This document shows positions 1-17,300 of a DNA stretch of 31,942 nt, one piece after another; positions within the stretch are counted from its first letter, which is position 1; every line of letters starts with the position of its first letter. Position numbers and translations under genes: made by a program. The stretch is from Paraspadella gotoi. Lineage: Eukaryota; Animalia; Chaetognatha. The stretch spans positions 15,024,731 to 15,056,672 of the forward strand of contig CM119267.1 of the NCBI GenBank assembly GCA_051294375.1, in the 5' to 3' direction. The notes under the pieces were generated by a model. The model had not been told where the DNA came from. It did no database searches and saw nothing but the letters and a program-made list of their open reading frames with translations.

Positions 1-2939
1 ATGTTGATATTGGCGGCGGGGGCGGCGGCGTCGGCGGCAGGGAAAGCGGCACAAGACAAAGTAGAATCTCCTTCCCTTAAAATAAAAGTTGAAATCTTTT
101 TTTTCCATTTTCTTTTTCTTCCTTTTCTTCCACCGAATGTGGCGGAAGAAATGTTCTCCATTTCCGGCCGATTCTTCCGGCGGCCGAGAGGAGACTTCCG
201 CGACCGCCGGATATCTCCCTAGCCTCTCTCCCGTCGCCGGATCACTTACAACCAGCAAAAAAAAAGTTGTTGTTGTCCGCCGGATTTTTTTTCCAATCTT
301 TTTCTTCTCTTTTTTTTTTCACCAACTTTTACTATTTTCATTTTCATTCTCACCTTTTTCTTCCTCCCTTCATTCATTTTTCTCATCTTCCCTTTTCTTT
401 TCTTCTTCAACCTCATCAGTACCCAAATCCGCAATTGATGAGAGCGCCATGACGCTACCATGGCGCTTCTTCGCTCCACGATTATCACCAGGTTTCTAAC
501 TTCACTTCCGAACCAAACTGACACGAAATTTCTTGTCATTTTAATGTCAGTTATTCAGCGTTTTCAGCCTTTCGCTACGACCCTTCAAACTCCACTCTAC
601 TTCTCTCTCTCTCTCTCTCTCTCTCCTCTCCTCTCTCTCTCACCTCTCTCTGCTCTCTCTTCTCTTCTCTTCTCTTCCTCTCACCTCTCTCACTTCAATC
701 CTGTCACCCATTTTCCCCGCGTGTAAGAATCACAGTGCTTCCGATAATCATTTCCCTATGCAAACTTTTTCCCTTTCCTTTATCCTCCAACTGACGGCAA
801 GCAAACCTTTCTGCCACTTATTTCCTAAACCCAACATCACGCCCAACAGGAAACATCCTCACAACACCCAACCCACCCCGTGGCGAACGGCCCAACTCTT
901 TTTTTCCGCCCAGACGAAGCCACGCCCCTTTTTTTCTTTTTCCTTTTTTTTTGCTTCCTCCTCTTTTCCATTCTTTTCTCTCTCTCTCATCTCATCTCTC
1001 TCTCCCTCGTCTCATCCTACTCCTCTCTCTCTCTCTCTCTCTCTCTTCTCATCTGCTCTCTCTCTCTCTCTCTCTCTCTTTCCAACCATCGTCCTCCGTT
1101 TCTGTCGACGTCTCTGTCTCCATTTCTTTTTCTTTCTTTCTTTTTTGTCCGTCGGCCTTTGTTTATTCCGTTTATGGGGATTTCGACTTTTCCCGCGGCT
1201 TTTTTTTCCCCCGTTTGTCGCGTTCAGCAAATGCGCAATTCTGTGCAGCAACTTTGGTTGATGCGGCAAGAAGATCAGTTATTTTAATCGTTCATCCATC
1301 CGATCGGATTTGAACGGTTTGTTCGATGTTAAATAGTTTGCATGGTTTGCTGATTAGTTTATCCCTTGGTTCGGTCGTCGTTGGGCTTCGTTGGTTGCTT
1401 CTTTCGTCTTTCCTCAGTTTCACTTTTTCTTTCTCGAAACGTGGAAGTTTCGGCGTCAACAGCGACGCTTTTAAAATCTTTCCTTTTTACGATTCGATCG
1501 TAACATTTTATTTCTTCCTCTTTTTCCACTGAGAATAAAACGACAACGACAACGACGATAACACCTCAGTGAGAAAACGACAACGCGGAAAAAGAAAACA
1601 ACAAAAAACAGAATTTAGTTTTGATGACTATTGTCAATACTCAATACAATAGTATTGACGACGGTAATAAGGATTCTTAACAGAAAAATGATCTATTCTG
1701 AATGAAACGAATGTTTTAGTTTGTTGGCAAATATAAAATTGCAAGAAGAAGGTGAACGTAAAAAAACAAAGTAAAAAAAAAATATCGACCATATTTCCAG
1801 GCGCCTTTTCTTTTCTGTCATTCGCTCTGAACAAAAAAAAAAAAAGCGAATAAAAAAGAATAATTTTCCTTTTTTTTTTCTTTTTTTTTTAGAGTATTAA
1901 ATCTGAATTTCAGATGCGGAGAAAAACGCGCCAGCCGTTTTTCGCGGTCTCTCTTTCTTCTCTCTCTTCTCTTCTCTCTCTCTCTCTCTCTCTCTTCTCT
2001 TTCTCTCTCTTCTCTTCCTCTCATCTCTCTCTCTCTCTCTTCTCTCTCTCTCGTCGTTCCGCGAAAAAAAAAACCGCGTTCTCCATCTTGACTTTGACTT
2101 TTATACCCATCCGATGGCTTTCAACTTGTTGAGATTATGCAAATGAGGTTTTTTTCCTCGCAGCGTCGCCTCCGTCGCTCCCTTCCTTTCTTGCCATTCG
2201 CCCTTCTCTTTTTCCTTTTTCCTTTTCTAGTCGCGCTCTCTTTTCTCTTTTCTTTCCTTTTTTTTTTTAGGAGGGCCAACCTCTCTTCTCTTTTCTCTAA
2301 CTCATGCCCAGAGCAAAGACAGTTTCCTTTTACTCTCTCGTCTTTCTCCTTTTCAACATCCTTCTCGTTCTTCATTTTCCTCACTCTCCTCACCTCGTTT
2401 TTGAAAATCCCCTCCGATTTTTTTTACTTTAAAATTTTCCTTATTGTTTGTTTGTTTTAGCGATAGAGCGATAGAGTTACAAGAACGAATGAAGCTGTGA
2501 AATTAGAAGAAGATAGAGATAAGGTCAATCGTTGCACGAGTGACAGTTACATTTGTAGTGTTAGAAGCACTGAAACTAACTGCCGAGTCAGTAATAAGAA
2601 AATAGTAGCAAGATTTAAGCAATAGTACGTATACTAGCGTGTATCTATGTGATTCGCAATAAAAAATAAGATATTTCTTAACGCTATGAAGAAAATTAGA
2701 TATTCCACGTCGCCTGGAAAGGAAGTGTAACCAATTTTACTCTGCCAAGTCCAGTTTTCTCTCAGAAAGGAAGGATCTTCATTGAGCAAATAGCTTTTTT
2801 TTTTCCTGAGCAATCAGCTGATGGACGCCTTTTATGGTGCGATTGGTTTTTCATGGTGAAATGGAAGAATCGTGAGGTGGGTCGATCGCCGGCGACTGCC
2901 GCTGCGTCTTTAACGGTGATGGAAGTTGAGTCGGAGCCA

Positions 2940-3061
<122 letters not shown>

Positions 3062-4177
3062 GGAGACGCCCTTTTCTTCTCTCTTGATTGAGGTCGCCCA
3101 AATCACGAAAAAGAAACTCGAATCGTCATTTCCGGTTTTTATCCAAAATAGAATCGACGTTCGACATCATTTGTAGTCGTTTGCTGCGTGATAAAACGCT
3201 GCGGCCGCCGCCGCAACTGATGCTGATGCCGCAGTCGCACTCTCAAGACTCCTCTCCTCGGTCTCCACTTCCATTTCCTTCGCCGCCGCCACCGCCGTTG
3301 CTGCCGCCGCCGCCGCCGCCGCTAAACGTGTTTCGGGTCAGCGGCGATTGCATCATCGACTTTTACGCGTCGTCGTCATCTCGACGCATAAAAGCGGCGG
3401 CGGCGGCGGCGGCGGCGTGCTCGGTGGCGCATAAAGATAAAGATACGGGAAGGATCCCCTTTCCGTTTATGACGCTATTGACTTTATGACGCCGATCTCT
3501 TTTCAAGATGGCGCCGCAGAAATTGGACGGTGGCGCCGATGAGGGACGGGTGGCGCCGGGGTGCCGTCGGTTAGGACTGCCGGTGAGGACGAGAGACGCG
3601 CGTCGTGATTTAATTGGATAAAGACCAGGGAAGATAATGACTATGATTATGGCGACGACGACGATAGAATATGTTATGACAATGAAGAAGAGAAAAGTTA
3701 ATCCGTCCATCAGTAAAGGGGACGAGTGAGAATGTGAGTCTCAAGGATTCCTAACGTTTCGTATAAAGGGGGGGGGGAGTTAGGGAATCATCGTGTTGAG
3801 GAGATAAAATGATAATACGAGGAAGAATCGGATAATGAGGGGAATTATGGAAAGACCAGCTTGAGCAGGAAAGACATAATGCTTTTTAACGGGAGTGATA
3901 TGGAGTGAAGAAATTGGGTGCGAAGCGTTGAGACGAAGGGAGGCACGCTGTAGGGAATTCTGTGGTGAACGATGTGGCGAACGTTGAGGGCATCGCTGTG
4001 GGGACGCGGCGATCCCCACTTCCCAAAACGGGCCTCCGGATCTCATTTCTCTTCCGGCGATAATCGATCGTATTCAGTTGGTTATTTTGTCCCCAGGTGG
4101 CCTTGATGGCGTGATGGCATCCGCGGTGTGGTGGCGTTCTCTTGAGAGCGAGTGGTGGCGTTGGAGAAAGAAAGAAT

Positions 4178-4197
4178 NNNNNNNNNNNNNNNNNNNN
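4178..4197. other. Assembly gap (20 N)
   Basis: Run of N characters in the sequence. Confidence 0.99.
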
Positions 4198-4447
4198 TTT
4201 TTTTTTTCAATCACCTTTCACTCTCTGAACTTCCCTTCTTCAAGACGGAAAAAAGGGATAATAGGAAACAGAAAGCGAGAGAGAGAGAGAGACAGAGAGA
4301 GAAAATAGGCCTATGAGTCCGTTACTCTATCTCCTGCTTTCTCTCCTCTGTCTTTTTCTCTCTCTCTCTCTCTCTCTGTCTTTTTTTTTTCGCAAATCGA
4401 TGCCGGCGTCTGTGAATAGAGATTGAAAAACACCACAAAAGACGCGA

Positions 4448-4510
4448 GCGGCGTCAGCCCCCGTTGCCATGGCAACCCCCATTTCTTGGGAGGAGGATTG
4501 GCGCATGCTC
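4448..4510. promoter_or_regulatory. Perfect RFX X-box with flanking half-CRE and inverted CCAAT box
   Basis: GTTGCCATGGCAAC at 4463-4476 (perfect palindrome), CGTCA at 4452-4456, ATTGG at 4497-4501 and GCGCATGC at 4501-4508. Confidence 0.6.
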
Positions 4511-4780
4511 CTTTTTTTGTATTTTTCTCTCTCTTCAGCGATCGTATCGCCCTCGTTAGGACGTGCTGCTCTGTCTTCGCGTTCTCATTCTCCCTCTCTC
4601 TTCTTTTTAGTTCTCATATTGTTTGTTATTTTTTTTGATTTTCCGTCCTCTCTTTCGTTCTTCCATTTCTTTAATTCATCTTCTTCAATTTCTTATCTTT
4701 CTTTTCCTTTTTCTTTTTCTCGTTTTTTCCTTTCCAACGAGCCACGATTTTTTTTATTGTTTCCACTGGTTGGCGTTCTA

Positions 4781-4820
<40 letters not shown>
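4781..4820. repeat. (GTC)n microsatellite
   Basis: About 13 perfect units. Confidence 0.95.
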
Positions 4821-6139
4821 GCAGCGACTAAAATTGGCGAAGAAAAACGGAGCCTTTGGCGCAAATGGTTTCTCGGTTTCGGCCTCCGAGTCCCAGGAGT
4901 CCGTTTAGGCGGCGATTCGGGTGCCGAGGTGGCTCGAGGTGGCTCGAAGGGCCAGGTGGAGGGGGGGGAGCAGGTGTGATCAGGCTGAGCTAGGTTGGGT
5001 GAGGTAGGCCACAATCCTTGTTAGGGGGGGATGTATGGGGACTTTGGGGTTTGTCAATTTTCACTGATTACAGTTATCACTATAGTCATTTTAGTAAAAA
5101 TCTGCCGTTGTTAAAAGTTGAACGGGATAGGGGAGTGTCGCTTTAGCTTTCCTGGATGGTGAGACAGTTGAGAGACTTTACGAGGACGTGAAGGGAAGTT
5201 TTGGAAGAGGAAGACGAATTGCGGAGAAGAGAAATCAGTTTGGGTCGAAGATGAGGCGATATTCCTGTCCGGAGCTTTGATCGCTTTTGACCTTTGACTG
5301 AGGAAGAATGGAGGGACTATGGGAAACAACAACGACGACGACAACAACGACTGGGGAAACAAGTACGACTAAAATATAGAGACGACGGAACTGGTAAAAC
5401 TAGTGATTCATTAAGGCCCGGTTAATCACGCGCGTGGAAGTCGATCACAGTCCGGCAGTCTAGTGATTAGCGAGACTTGAGTCTGTGAGACGAGTTGGTC
5501 AGACGCCAAAAGTTAAAGCGAATTCGTCGTCTGTTTCGGCGCCGGATGCCGGAGAAAATTGGCTTAGGCTTAATTGACGAGCCGAACTAATTTCGTTTTT
5601 TTGGGACATCAATTGTGATAATAAAAAAATAAAAAATGTCGTCGTTTCGATTTTAAGATTTCCTCGTGGAATTATAGAATTGAAAAGGAGGTAGACGTCC
5701 CACTAACTCACCTTCTCGTAGTCGCTTTAATCCTCCTTTGCGCCCGAGACGATTTTCTCGCGATCCCCGCTGCTTTTACAATTTTCTTTCAGTTTTATTT
5801 CAGTCCCTTTTTTTTGGTTTCGAGTTCACTGTTGATCCGGAGATGATTTTTGCGCGGATGAATTCGAAACTCAAAGTCGTCGTTGAATATCTAGCACGTC
5901 GTCATCATCGTCGTCCACGTCGTCGTCCACGTCGTCGTCGTTTTCAGCTGTTGTTCCGATCGTGGATAATCACCATTCGTCGTCGTCGTCGCCGTTGCAA
6001 TCCCCCTTCAGCCGATTTTCGATCTTTTCGTCTTTTAGCCACAAGCGACCCCCGTCTACCTCCATCCTTCAAATTTTTCATCATGAATCATGAATAAAAA
6101 ACACTTTTTCACTCATCCACTCTCTCCTCTCGCTCTCTC

Positions 6140-6197
<58 letters not shown>

Positions 6198-7061
6198 TCC
6201 TCCTCTCCTCCTCTCCCTCTCTACCACTCTCTCTCTCTCTCTCTCCCTCTTCTCTCATCTCTTCTCTCTCTCTCCACTCACTCTCCAACCTTCTCCAACC
6301 GGCCGGTCCACGACGAAGAAGTGAGGGCAGGTGGTTATCGCCGATTGGCTAAATCGAATGAACGATGGCCTTTTCCGATTGGCCAATAAAAAAAAAGAAA
6401 AGAGGTCACTGCTTTTAGCGGAGATCGAGGGTTCGAGTTTTGTTTACTTTTTTGAAAAACTGGTCACTGGTTTTATTCCTAAGCGCTTTTTATACGATGC
6501 CAATGGCCATTATCGTTTCGGAAGGAAAAGAACTGACACAAGAAGAAACTGTTGCAGGTTTTCGGACTGAAAGAAGGCAGGTCAGATCCCATTTTAAGTT
6601 GAGAAGTCAACTTTTCAAAATGACCCGATTTCGTTTTCGGCTTTAAGTTAAACTCGTTCTTTTCCTTCTCGATTCGACAAAAAAAGTGAACAGAAAACAC
6701 AACACTCCATGGATTTTCGTCTCTGTCCCCATTCGCTCTAAATCCTCAATCCATTCAGTCTTCTCCAACACTCTTACCACACCAGCCACCGCCACCGCCA
6801 CCGCCACCGCCACCTGTCGAGGTTGGATTTCCGCGTCGCGCAGCTGAACTTCCGCCGACGGAGACGCCGCGTGGTTCGTGAGAGGATCCTCTTCGAGAGA
6901 ATTATCCCGCCGCTGCAGCCGGCCGCCGATGCCGATGCCGATGCCGCTGCGAACGCTGCCGCCGCCTCCCGATTCCGGCGTCGACGCCGACAGCGCCGCT
7001 TTTCTCATCTCCCCCAACCCTCGTGACGTGACGACGAATTTCGTTGAGAGTTTGGAAGTAG

Positions 7062-7064
<3 letters not shown>

Positions 7065-7143
<79 letters not shown>
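7065..7143. repeat. (CT)n microsatellite
   Basis: Perfect run of about 39 units. Confidence 0.97.
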
Positions 7144-7146
<3 letters not shown>

Positions 7147-8041
7147 GCTGTGTCTCTCTATTATATTTCCATATTTCTCTCTGCCATTCTCTTTCAATAT
7201 TTTGTCCTATTTAAAGCGATTTTCTTTTTAATTTAAGAAAAAAAGAAAAGAAAAAGAAAAAAAACAAACGAATTTTCGAATTTCGTCAAGAGGCAGATTT
7301 TTCTCCGTCAACGAGAGTTTGTTTATCATTCTTCTTCCTCATCCATCGCCACGCCCACTCATTTCCGGTTCCATTTCCCAGCGATTGCATTTATCGTTCC
7401 ATCCATCCGTTCCATCCCTTCTTCTCAATTTTAAGCCATGTTTTCTCTCGTTGAAAACATTTTATTTCCGCAATAGCAATATTTAAATTTCTACAATTTT
7501 TGTCCTTCTTCTAGTCAACCCAGCTCCAACCAAGTTTCTTGCCTTTACATCGCTCAAGACCCAAAGTCTAAACCATTTCAGTTCCAAACCGTCAACCTCA
7601 TCATTTCTCAGAAATTCCCTCTACCTCCCCCACTTTTCCCATTCCAAACTTTTCTTTTTCCTTCGGCGGAGAAAAACTAATTCCTTTTTTTCCCCCATCG
7701 CTTCCATTTTTTTTTTCAGTTCCATCCCGCGATTATATTTCCGATTCCATCCTCCTTTTCTCTTCTTCGATTCCATTCCTATGATTCCTTTTCTCCCTTT
7801 TTTCTGCTTTCCTTCCTCTTTTTCGTCGTTGCCCGTTTCCTTCGTCTTTTTCAATGCTCATTTTTTTTATCCATCCATCCATCCGTCAATACGTACAATA
7901 CATACAAACGGACATGCATTCTTCCATCGATTCATCCATCCATCTTTTCTCCCTTTTCCCTTTTTTTTTTCATACGAATCCTCACGCAGTCCATCATATC
8001 ACAACATCCAATTATTATCCTTAAGCTTTTTTCGAGAAGGC

Positions 8042-8083
<42 letters not shown>

Positions 8084-8509
8084 CAAAGAGACCGAGTCCT
8101 TCCTTCCCCTCTTCTTTCTTTTCTTCCGTCGTTGCCGAGACGTGATCCAATCTGCCGGAGAAACGTTTAGGTTTGGGTCGACGAATTGAGAAGACGCGCC
8201 TCGACTTTCGCGTCTATCATCGCGGAAACTCGATTCCTGGTCCGACCGCCAGAGGCGCTGATGGGTTTCTTCCGACTATTTCGAGGCGGAAAGGGTCGGA
8301 TTTCCTCTCTCCAGGGAGTGGTGGTTTGTTTCTCGCGGGCGAAATATGCGATTCATTCTTAAATTCACTCGTTCACTCAATAATTCATAAATAAATTTAT
8401 TTTGAATGATGGAACGGATGAGCTTAATCGGTAGCATCAAATTTGACATTTAAATTTATTTTGTGCTTTGCCTCGTTCTTTTGTTCCCAAACAATTTTTT
8501 TCTTTTCAT

Positions 8510-8655
8510 TCTAATCTCATTTCACTTCATTTCATCTCAATTGAGTCTCATTTCATTTCATTTCATTTCATTTAATTTCATATCTCTACTCATCTCATCT
8601 CATCTCATCTCATCTCATCTCATCTAATATCATCTCATCTAATATCATCTCATCT
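8510..8655. repeat. Pentamer array (ATTTC)n grading into (ATCTC)n
   Basis: 5-bp periodicity is visible throughout. Confidence 0.9.
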
Positions 8656-8774
8656 CCGCAAATTTCGATCTCCTCTTCCAAACGATGCCATCATCGCCTC
8701 GCTCAAGTTCCGTCTCCACTCGTTCGCGAAAGATCAAGTTGACGACCGCGTCGAAGCTCAATTGAGCAAGCAAT

Positions 8775-8810
<36 letters not shown>

Positions 8811-9311
8811 ACGCCGCCGCCTTCTCGAGGAAATTTCAAGTTAAAAGCCATAAAAGGAGAAGGAAAGGTTCGGCGCGTCACCCAGACTCGAGGGACTCTT
8901 CTCCTTGATTCCATCCAGCGAGATTCCACTTTTTAAGCTTCGACTTTTCATTTCGCAATTTTTCTCTCATTTTCGTCTTTCGCGAGGGAATCGATCGTGG
9001 TTGTTGTTGTCGTCGTCGTCATCGTCGTCGTCGTGGTAGTTTCTGCTCTTTTTCTGTAGTGGTTGTCTTAAATATGCTAATGCCGAATACCCGTGCAGGC
9101 GTGTCGCATTGGCAAACAACGTCTATGACTAACATCAGGAAAAGAACAAATAAAAAAGAAAAGCGATCGAAAATGGGTTTATTAAAAACGTTAGGGAACA
9201 CGATGACAAAATCGGCAGCGACAAAGAAAAATCTGATGAGTTTTTCCAGTTTTCGCAAACTTAAAAAGGCAGAAAAATTCTTCCTCACAAAAAAAAAGAT
9301 CATTAATTTCA

Positions 9312-9430
9312 CTTTCTTTTTTTCTTTCTTTCTTTTTTTCTTTTTTCTTTCTTTCTTGTTTTCTTTTTTTCTGTTTTTCTTTCTTGCTTTCTTTTTTTCT
9401 TTCTTTCTTGCTTTCTTTCTTTCTTTCTTG

Positions 9431-9469
<39 letters not shown>

Positions 9470-9500
9470 TTTCTATCCTTCTCTTTTCTCTTTCTTTTCT
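9312..9500. repeat. (TTTC)n-rich pyrimidine tract
   Basis: Degenerate tetranucleotide array. Confidence 0.9.
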
Positions 9501-9892
9501 CCCTCTAGGATTTAAGATGCGTTCGATGGGTTGCAAAGTCTGTGAAGATTGAAGCTGAGAAGTGGGGAGGAGAAGGTGGAAGAGAAGAAGTAGGAGCGCG
9601 TGAGAATAGGAATCATAGATGGTGGTGGAAAAGATGTTCGTGTCTTCGAAGGTGGTTGAGGTGGTCAATGCGTTTGTGGCGCGTCGGAGCGTCGCTCTCT
9701 TATCCTTCCAGATTGATTTTGGCGTTTTCAACCTTTGACCTTTTCCGGGGAGAGAGACGGAGAGAGAGAGAGAGAGAGAGAGAGTTTGGGTCATTTGACA
9801 AGTCTCGGTTGAAGGAAAGATAAGGTCCATTGAGACAAGAGCTGATGTGTTTTAAGACTTCTTTTGTATTTTGTTTTTTGAAATTTGGATAA

Positions 9893-10050
9893 TAGAAGAG
9901 ATAAAGAAAGAAAAAGAAAAGATAAGAAAGAAAGAAAGAAAAAAGAAAGAAAAAGAAAAGAAAAAGAAAGAAAGAAAGAAAGAAAGAAAAAAGAAAGAAG
10001 AAAGAAAGAAGGAAAAACGCAAAAAAAAAAAAGAGAAAAAGTGAGAGAGA
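9893..10050. repeat. (AAAG)n-rich purine tract
   Basis: Degenerate tetranucleotide array, complementary in composition to 9312-9500. Confidence 0.9.
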
Positions 10051-10369
10051 TTAGTTTTTCTGGGTCGGAGTTGCACAGAAAAGAAATTTCTTATCTGTTG
10101 AGCGCGCCACGCCAGAAAGCAAAGCAGCCATAAACGTTGAAAACTTTGGAAAATAAAAAAGGAAAAATAAAAAGTATTACACTTAAGGGAATTCAAATAT
10201 CCGTAACGCCTGTCCGGGTCGAGGCAACGTAGAAAAATAATTATTTTTCTCCACTAACTTTGCTTCTTGTTTTTTCTTTTTTTCTTTCGTTCTTTCTTTC
10301 TTTCTTTGCTTTCTATTTCCGGCTCAGGTTTACCGCGCCATCGGTCGACGCCTGACCCTACCTTCTTTA

Positions 10370-10377
<8 letters not shown>

Positions 10378-10441
<64 letters not shown>
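10378..10441. repeat. (CT)n microsatellite
   Basis: Perfect run. Confidence 0.97.
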
Positions 10442-10444
<3 letters not shown>

Positions 10445-11199
10445 CGCTTGACCTCGCTTAACGACGTTGTTTACAACCAATCAAGCTGAGCCTCGTTTCC
10501 GGGGCGGAACCAACTACATCGACGACGACGATGACGACGACGATGACTATGATGACGATGACGATCACGTTTGATAAGACGACGACGACAACGACCAGTA
10601 CGATGACCTTGGAGTAACCTTTTTCGAACGTCGTTTTAGCCAAATTTCAGTAATGAATCATTTATTATCTTTTTTTTAATTTTATTTTTCATTATGGATC
10701 AATTTAGCAAATGAAAATGTCACAAGAGGCAAGTTACTATGTTCAAAAATCTATTTTAATTTCAATTTCTAATTATTTTCGGAAATTCACTTCCGTAGTT
10801 TAATCCAGATTCAAACCTTTTCTTGTATATACAATTTTTCCATTATACAAGACAAAATCGTCGTAATAAATTAAATTACGTTGCACAATTTCTTTCTTTT
10901 TCTCTTCTCACTATCTTTTTATTTACGTGATCCTACTTTATTTAATAATGTACGTCATTTTCGCTAGTATGGATCAGAAAATTTAAAAAAAAATAAAATA
11001 AATAAACAAAAAACCAAAACGAAAAACTCGGTGACGGAATTTGTCAAATTCGGTCTTCCTTCCTTTCGCTCTCTCATTTCTTATACTCGCCAAATTTCGC
11101 TCATGCGCCTCTCACTCTCTGTCTCTCACTTTGTATCCACCACTTTTCAAAGAACGGACAACAGAAAAGCATACCTCTCTCCCTCTCTCTCTCTCTCTC

Positions 11200-11249
<50 letters not shown>

Positions 11250-11318
11250 ACTCTCTCTCACCCTTGTTTTCCTCTGCCCAGATTTCATTCATCTTCCCCC
11301 TTTACATTTCCGCTTCAG

Positions 11319-14366
<3,048 letters not shown>

Positions 14367-17300
14367 TTCCGTGGGAGGAGGAGATTTGGATTAGGTCGAT
14401 GCGATATTTAATTATACATCTTGCATATTTCGGGTCGTATCGTAACCAGTTTTTTATAACGGTAGATTCGTTTGGTATCTTGACTGCTTGTGTACTTATT
14501 TATTCAGAAACTTTTAAATGTGTATATATATAGCCTCGATTAATAAGCGCAGCTTTTAAAAAAAATGTTATTTAATTTTTAATTCTCGATCGGTCGTCCA
14601 AAAAAAGGGAAAAAAACTACAAGAACAACAAAAAACCTCGCGAAACCAACCCGCTCATATATATATATCCCTTACCCATTGTTTCTCGCAGATTGTTGAA
14701 CTAACCCTCCACCCCCAGGGGAAAGGAACAATTCTCTTTCTCTCGTGATCAGCGGTGAAAAAAAAACCTTCCTTTAGCTGTTTTGCTCTTTTAATTTGGT
14801 AAATGAAAACTTCAAAGACGCCATTTTTTTTTTCTAAAGTCGGCGCGTTTTTTTTTTATGTATTATGTTTGTCCCAAAGTAGGAAGGGAAGCGAACCTTT
14901 GCATATACATATATACATACGTAAATATAAATAGTTATAGCCGTTGTTAGCTACATAGCAATTTATCTATAGACTCGCATATATAACTCCACGTTGCTCG
15001 TTAAACGCGAAAGACGCGTTCAATGCTCGGTAGAAATTTTGACCAAAAGGTTCGCCGATCCTCCCGATTTTTCGTTCATTTATTTATTTAGTATTTATTT
15101 ATTTTGGCTTTCACTTACCCGATTCCGTGTCATGTTGTCAAATTCCCTTCTTTAACTTGAAATGAAATTGAGTTTTCCTAGCGGCTCTTTGAATTTCTCT
15201 TCGCCATTCAACTTCCCGTAGTCATTTTCTTTTAATTCTTAACACGCTGTCCTTTTTTTTACATCCATAGCCTATGTACACGCATCATTAGACACGAGCA
15301 CCTTTCTAACGAATCCCTAATGAGTGTGTGTGTGATCGTCATAATCAGTCTTGTCCTTATCATGTTTAAGTATATTATTTAGAAAAGTTTAAGCACAAAT
15401 TAAGCTTTACAAGCCTGTATGTACAGTGTACAAGCCACAGCATAAATCAGACATGATTTTTTTTCTCCTTTTATGTCTAAATTTGTTATCTTAAAATCAA
15501 TGGTGACGGCTCCAAATTCGGATATTAGAATTAGACAATAATTTTCCAATTCTAACTCGGAATCTCAAAAACTTTTAAAACTGAATAAAAAGCTCATTGA
15601 TGCCCGCTTTCAAAGATTAAGCTAATAAAATAAACTCATTAAAAAAGTTGAAAAACTAATAAACTAATTAATTTCGTCATCGCTTTACGTTTGTTGTTGC
15701 TTGTATCTTCAATGCGAAGTTTTAAACTTCTCAGAAATATAGTCTCGAAACGAAATAAACTTTGCATGACCACAGAGAACAATCGATCGAATTAAAATAA
15801 ATTTTCGAATCCCTAAACGCCTAATTGTAAATTTAAAAACCTCCTCTTACAACTTTGTTCCGAGTTTTTTCAAATATTTATTATTTAATTCCGTGTTTAT
15901 GTAGTTGAAAACTAATCAAAACGACGTGCACCCCTTTTTTTCCCCTTTTATACAGGGATCGAACCTGACAACGGATTTGAATTCCGAAACTTCAGTCATT
16001 CGGGATACAGAAGCAAGTCGCCCACTGCGCCGCCAACTTATTACACGTGAACAAAAATATATAAAAAAAAATAATAATAATGATTTGGGGCCTTTTAATT
16101 CTCTTTATATTTTGTGAATTTGTATTTAACGAGTCTCCCAACTCCCTTTTTATTAAGATATATTTTTTCCCCTTTTTTTAACGCTTGCGTCAATATTTCA
16201 ATCAATTATGCAGAAAACAAAAAAAAAACAAAATAAAAAAACAAAAAATTGAAAAACAAAAACCAGTCATCAAATATTCCTCGATAAAAAAAAGGATGCT
16301 CACTATTGTTTTGACTTTTGATACCCTCTTCATATGTGATACGTGATTCTTAGCTAAATTTTATTCTTTCTTGTAAATTTGCTTTTCTGTACATTTTAAT
16401 TATTTGATTTCGTCGGAATGAATTTTTTTAAAATGACTGGAAAAAAATTGTCTAACCTGGGATAATTCTCACAAGAAAATCCGTAGCATTTCTTCAGAAT
16501 TTAACCATATCCTTTTCTTAAACATATTTTTTTTCGTGTCGTGTATACAAAAAAATTATCTTTGGGCTACTACCAATTAGGCTTTAAAATAGATACTATA
16601 CGATAGCGTTAGTCGAAATGGGATTACCATATACCTTGCTGCTTTGTTGTACATACTGTTCGTCACTTTTATGAACTCGTCTGTCTCGCTTTGTAAAGGC
16701 AATGATGAATCTCGGATGTAAGTCTAAAATCTCAAAACCAAAGACAGGGACATTTTCATATCAGTGTTAAAAAAGCAAATACATTGACATGTAAATTATT
16801 TCTAGCGGGTATTATATAAATGTAAATAAAACATCATTTCACCAAAATCCTTAATGTTTTGTTTCTTGACTTAGTAAAAGAATTTTGAAAACAAAAAACG
16901 CATCAGTGACAGTTAAAAATGATTTTTTTTGTTGAAAATACAGTGTTCAGATTAGTACAGCTACTCAGTCATAATAGCAAAACGTTACAGTGGTTTAATT
17001 GCCAGCAGAATAAAAATTACTGAAAGACAATCGGTTTTACATTTTTTTTCTTCGACGGCACTGTCAGACGTAAAATCATGTCATGCATCCCAACTGTAGT
17101 CAAATGCGGAATTTATAAATGTTGTATCGGGAAGTTTGAATTCATAATATGATATAAAACTCTCTATATAAAACAAAAAAAGCTATGAACGAAGTATAAA
17201 CACTTTCAATTAAAAAAAAATAAATAAAAAAAATAAAAGCGATGAAAACTAAACTGAAAGCTAAGCTACCGAAAGCGTGCGATCGACGGCCTTTCCCTTG

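Noticed and set aside
8246-8260. CCGCCAGAGGCGCTG, CTCF-like
   Set aside because: It is one base short of the core consensus and is a single isolated hit.
17165-17173. TATATAAAA ~300 bp upstream of the tubulin ATG
   Set aside because: It lies in very AT-rich DNA where such matches are expected by chance, and the TSS is unknown.
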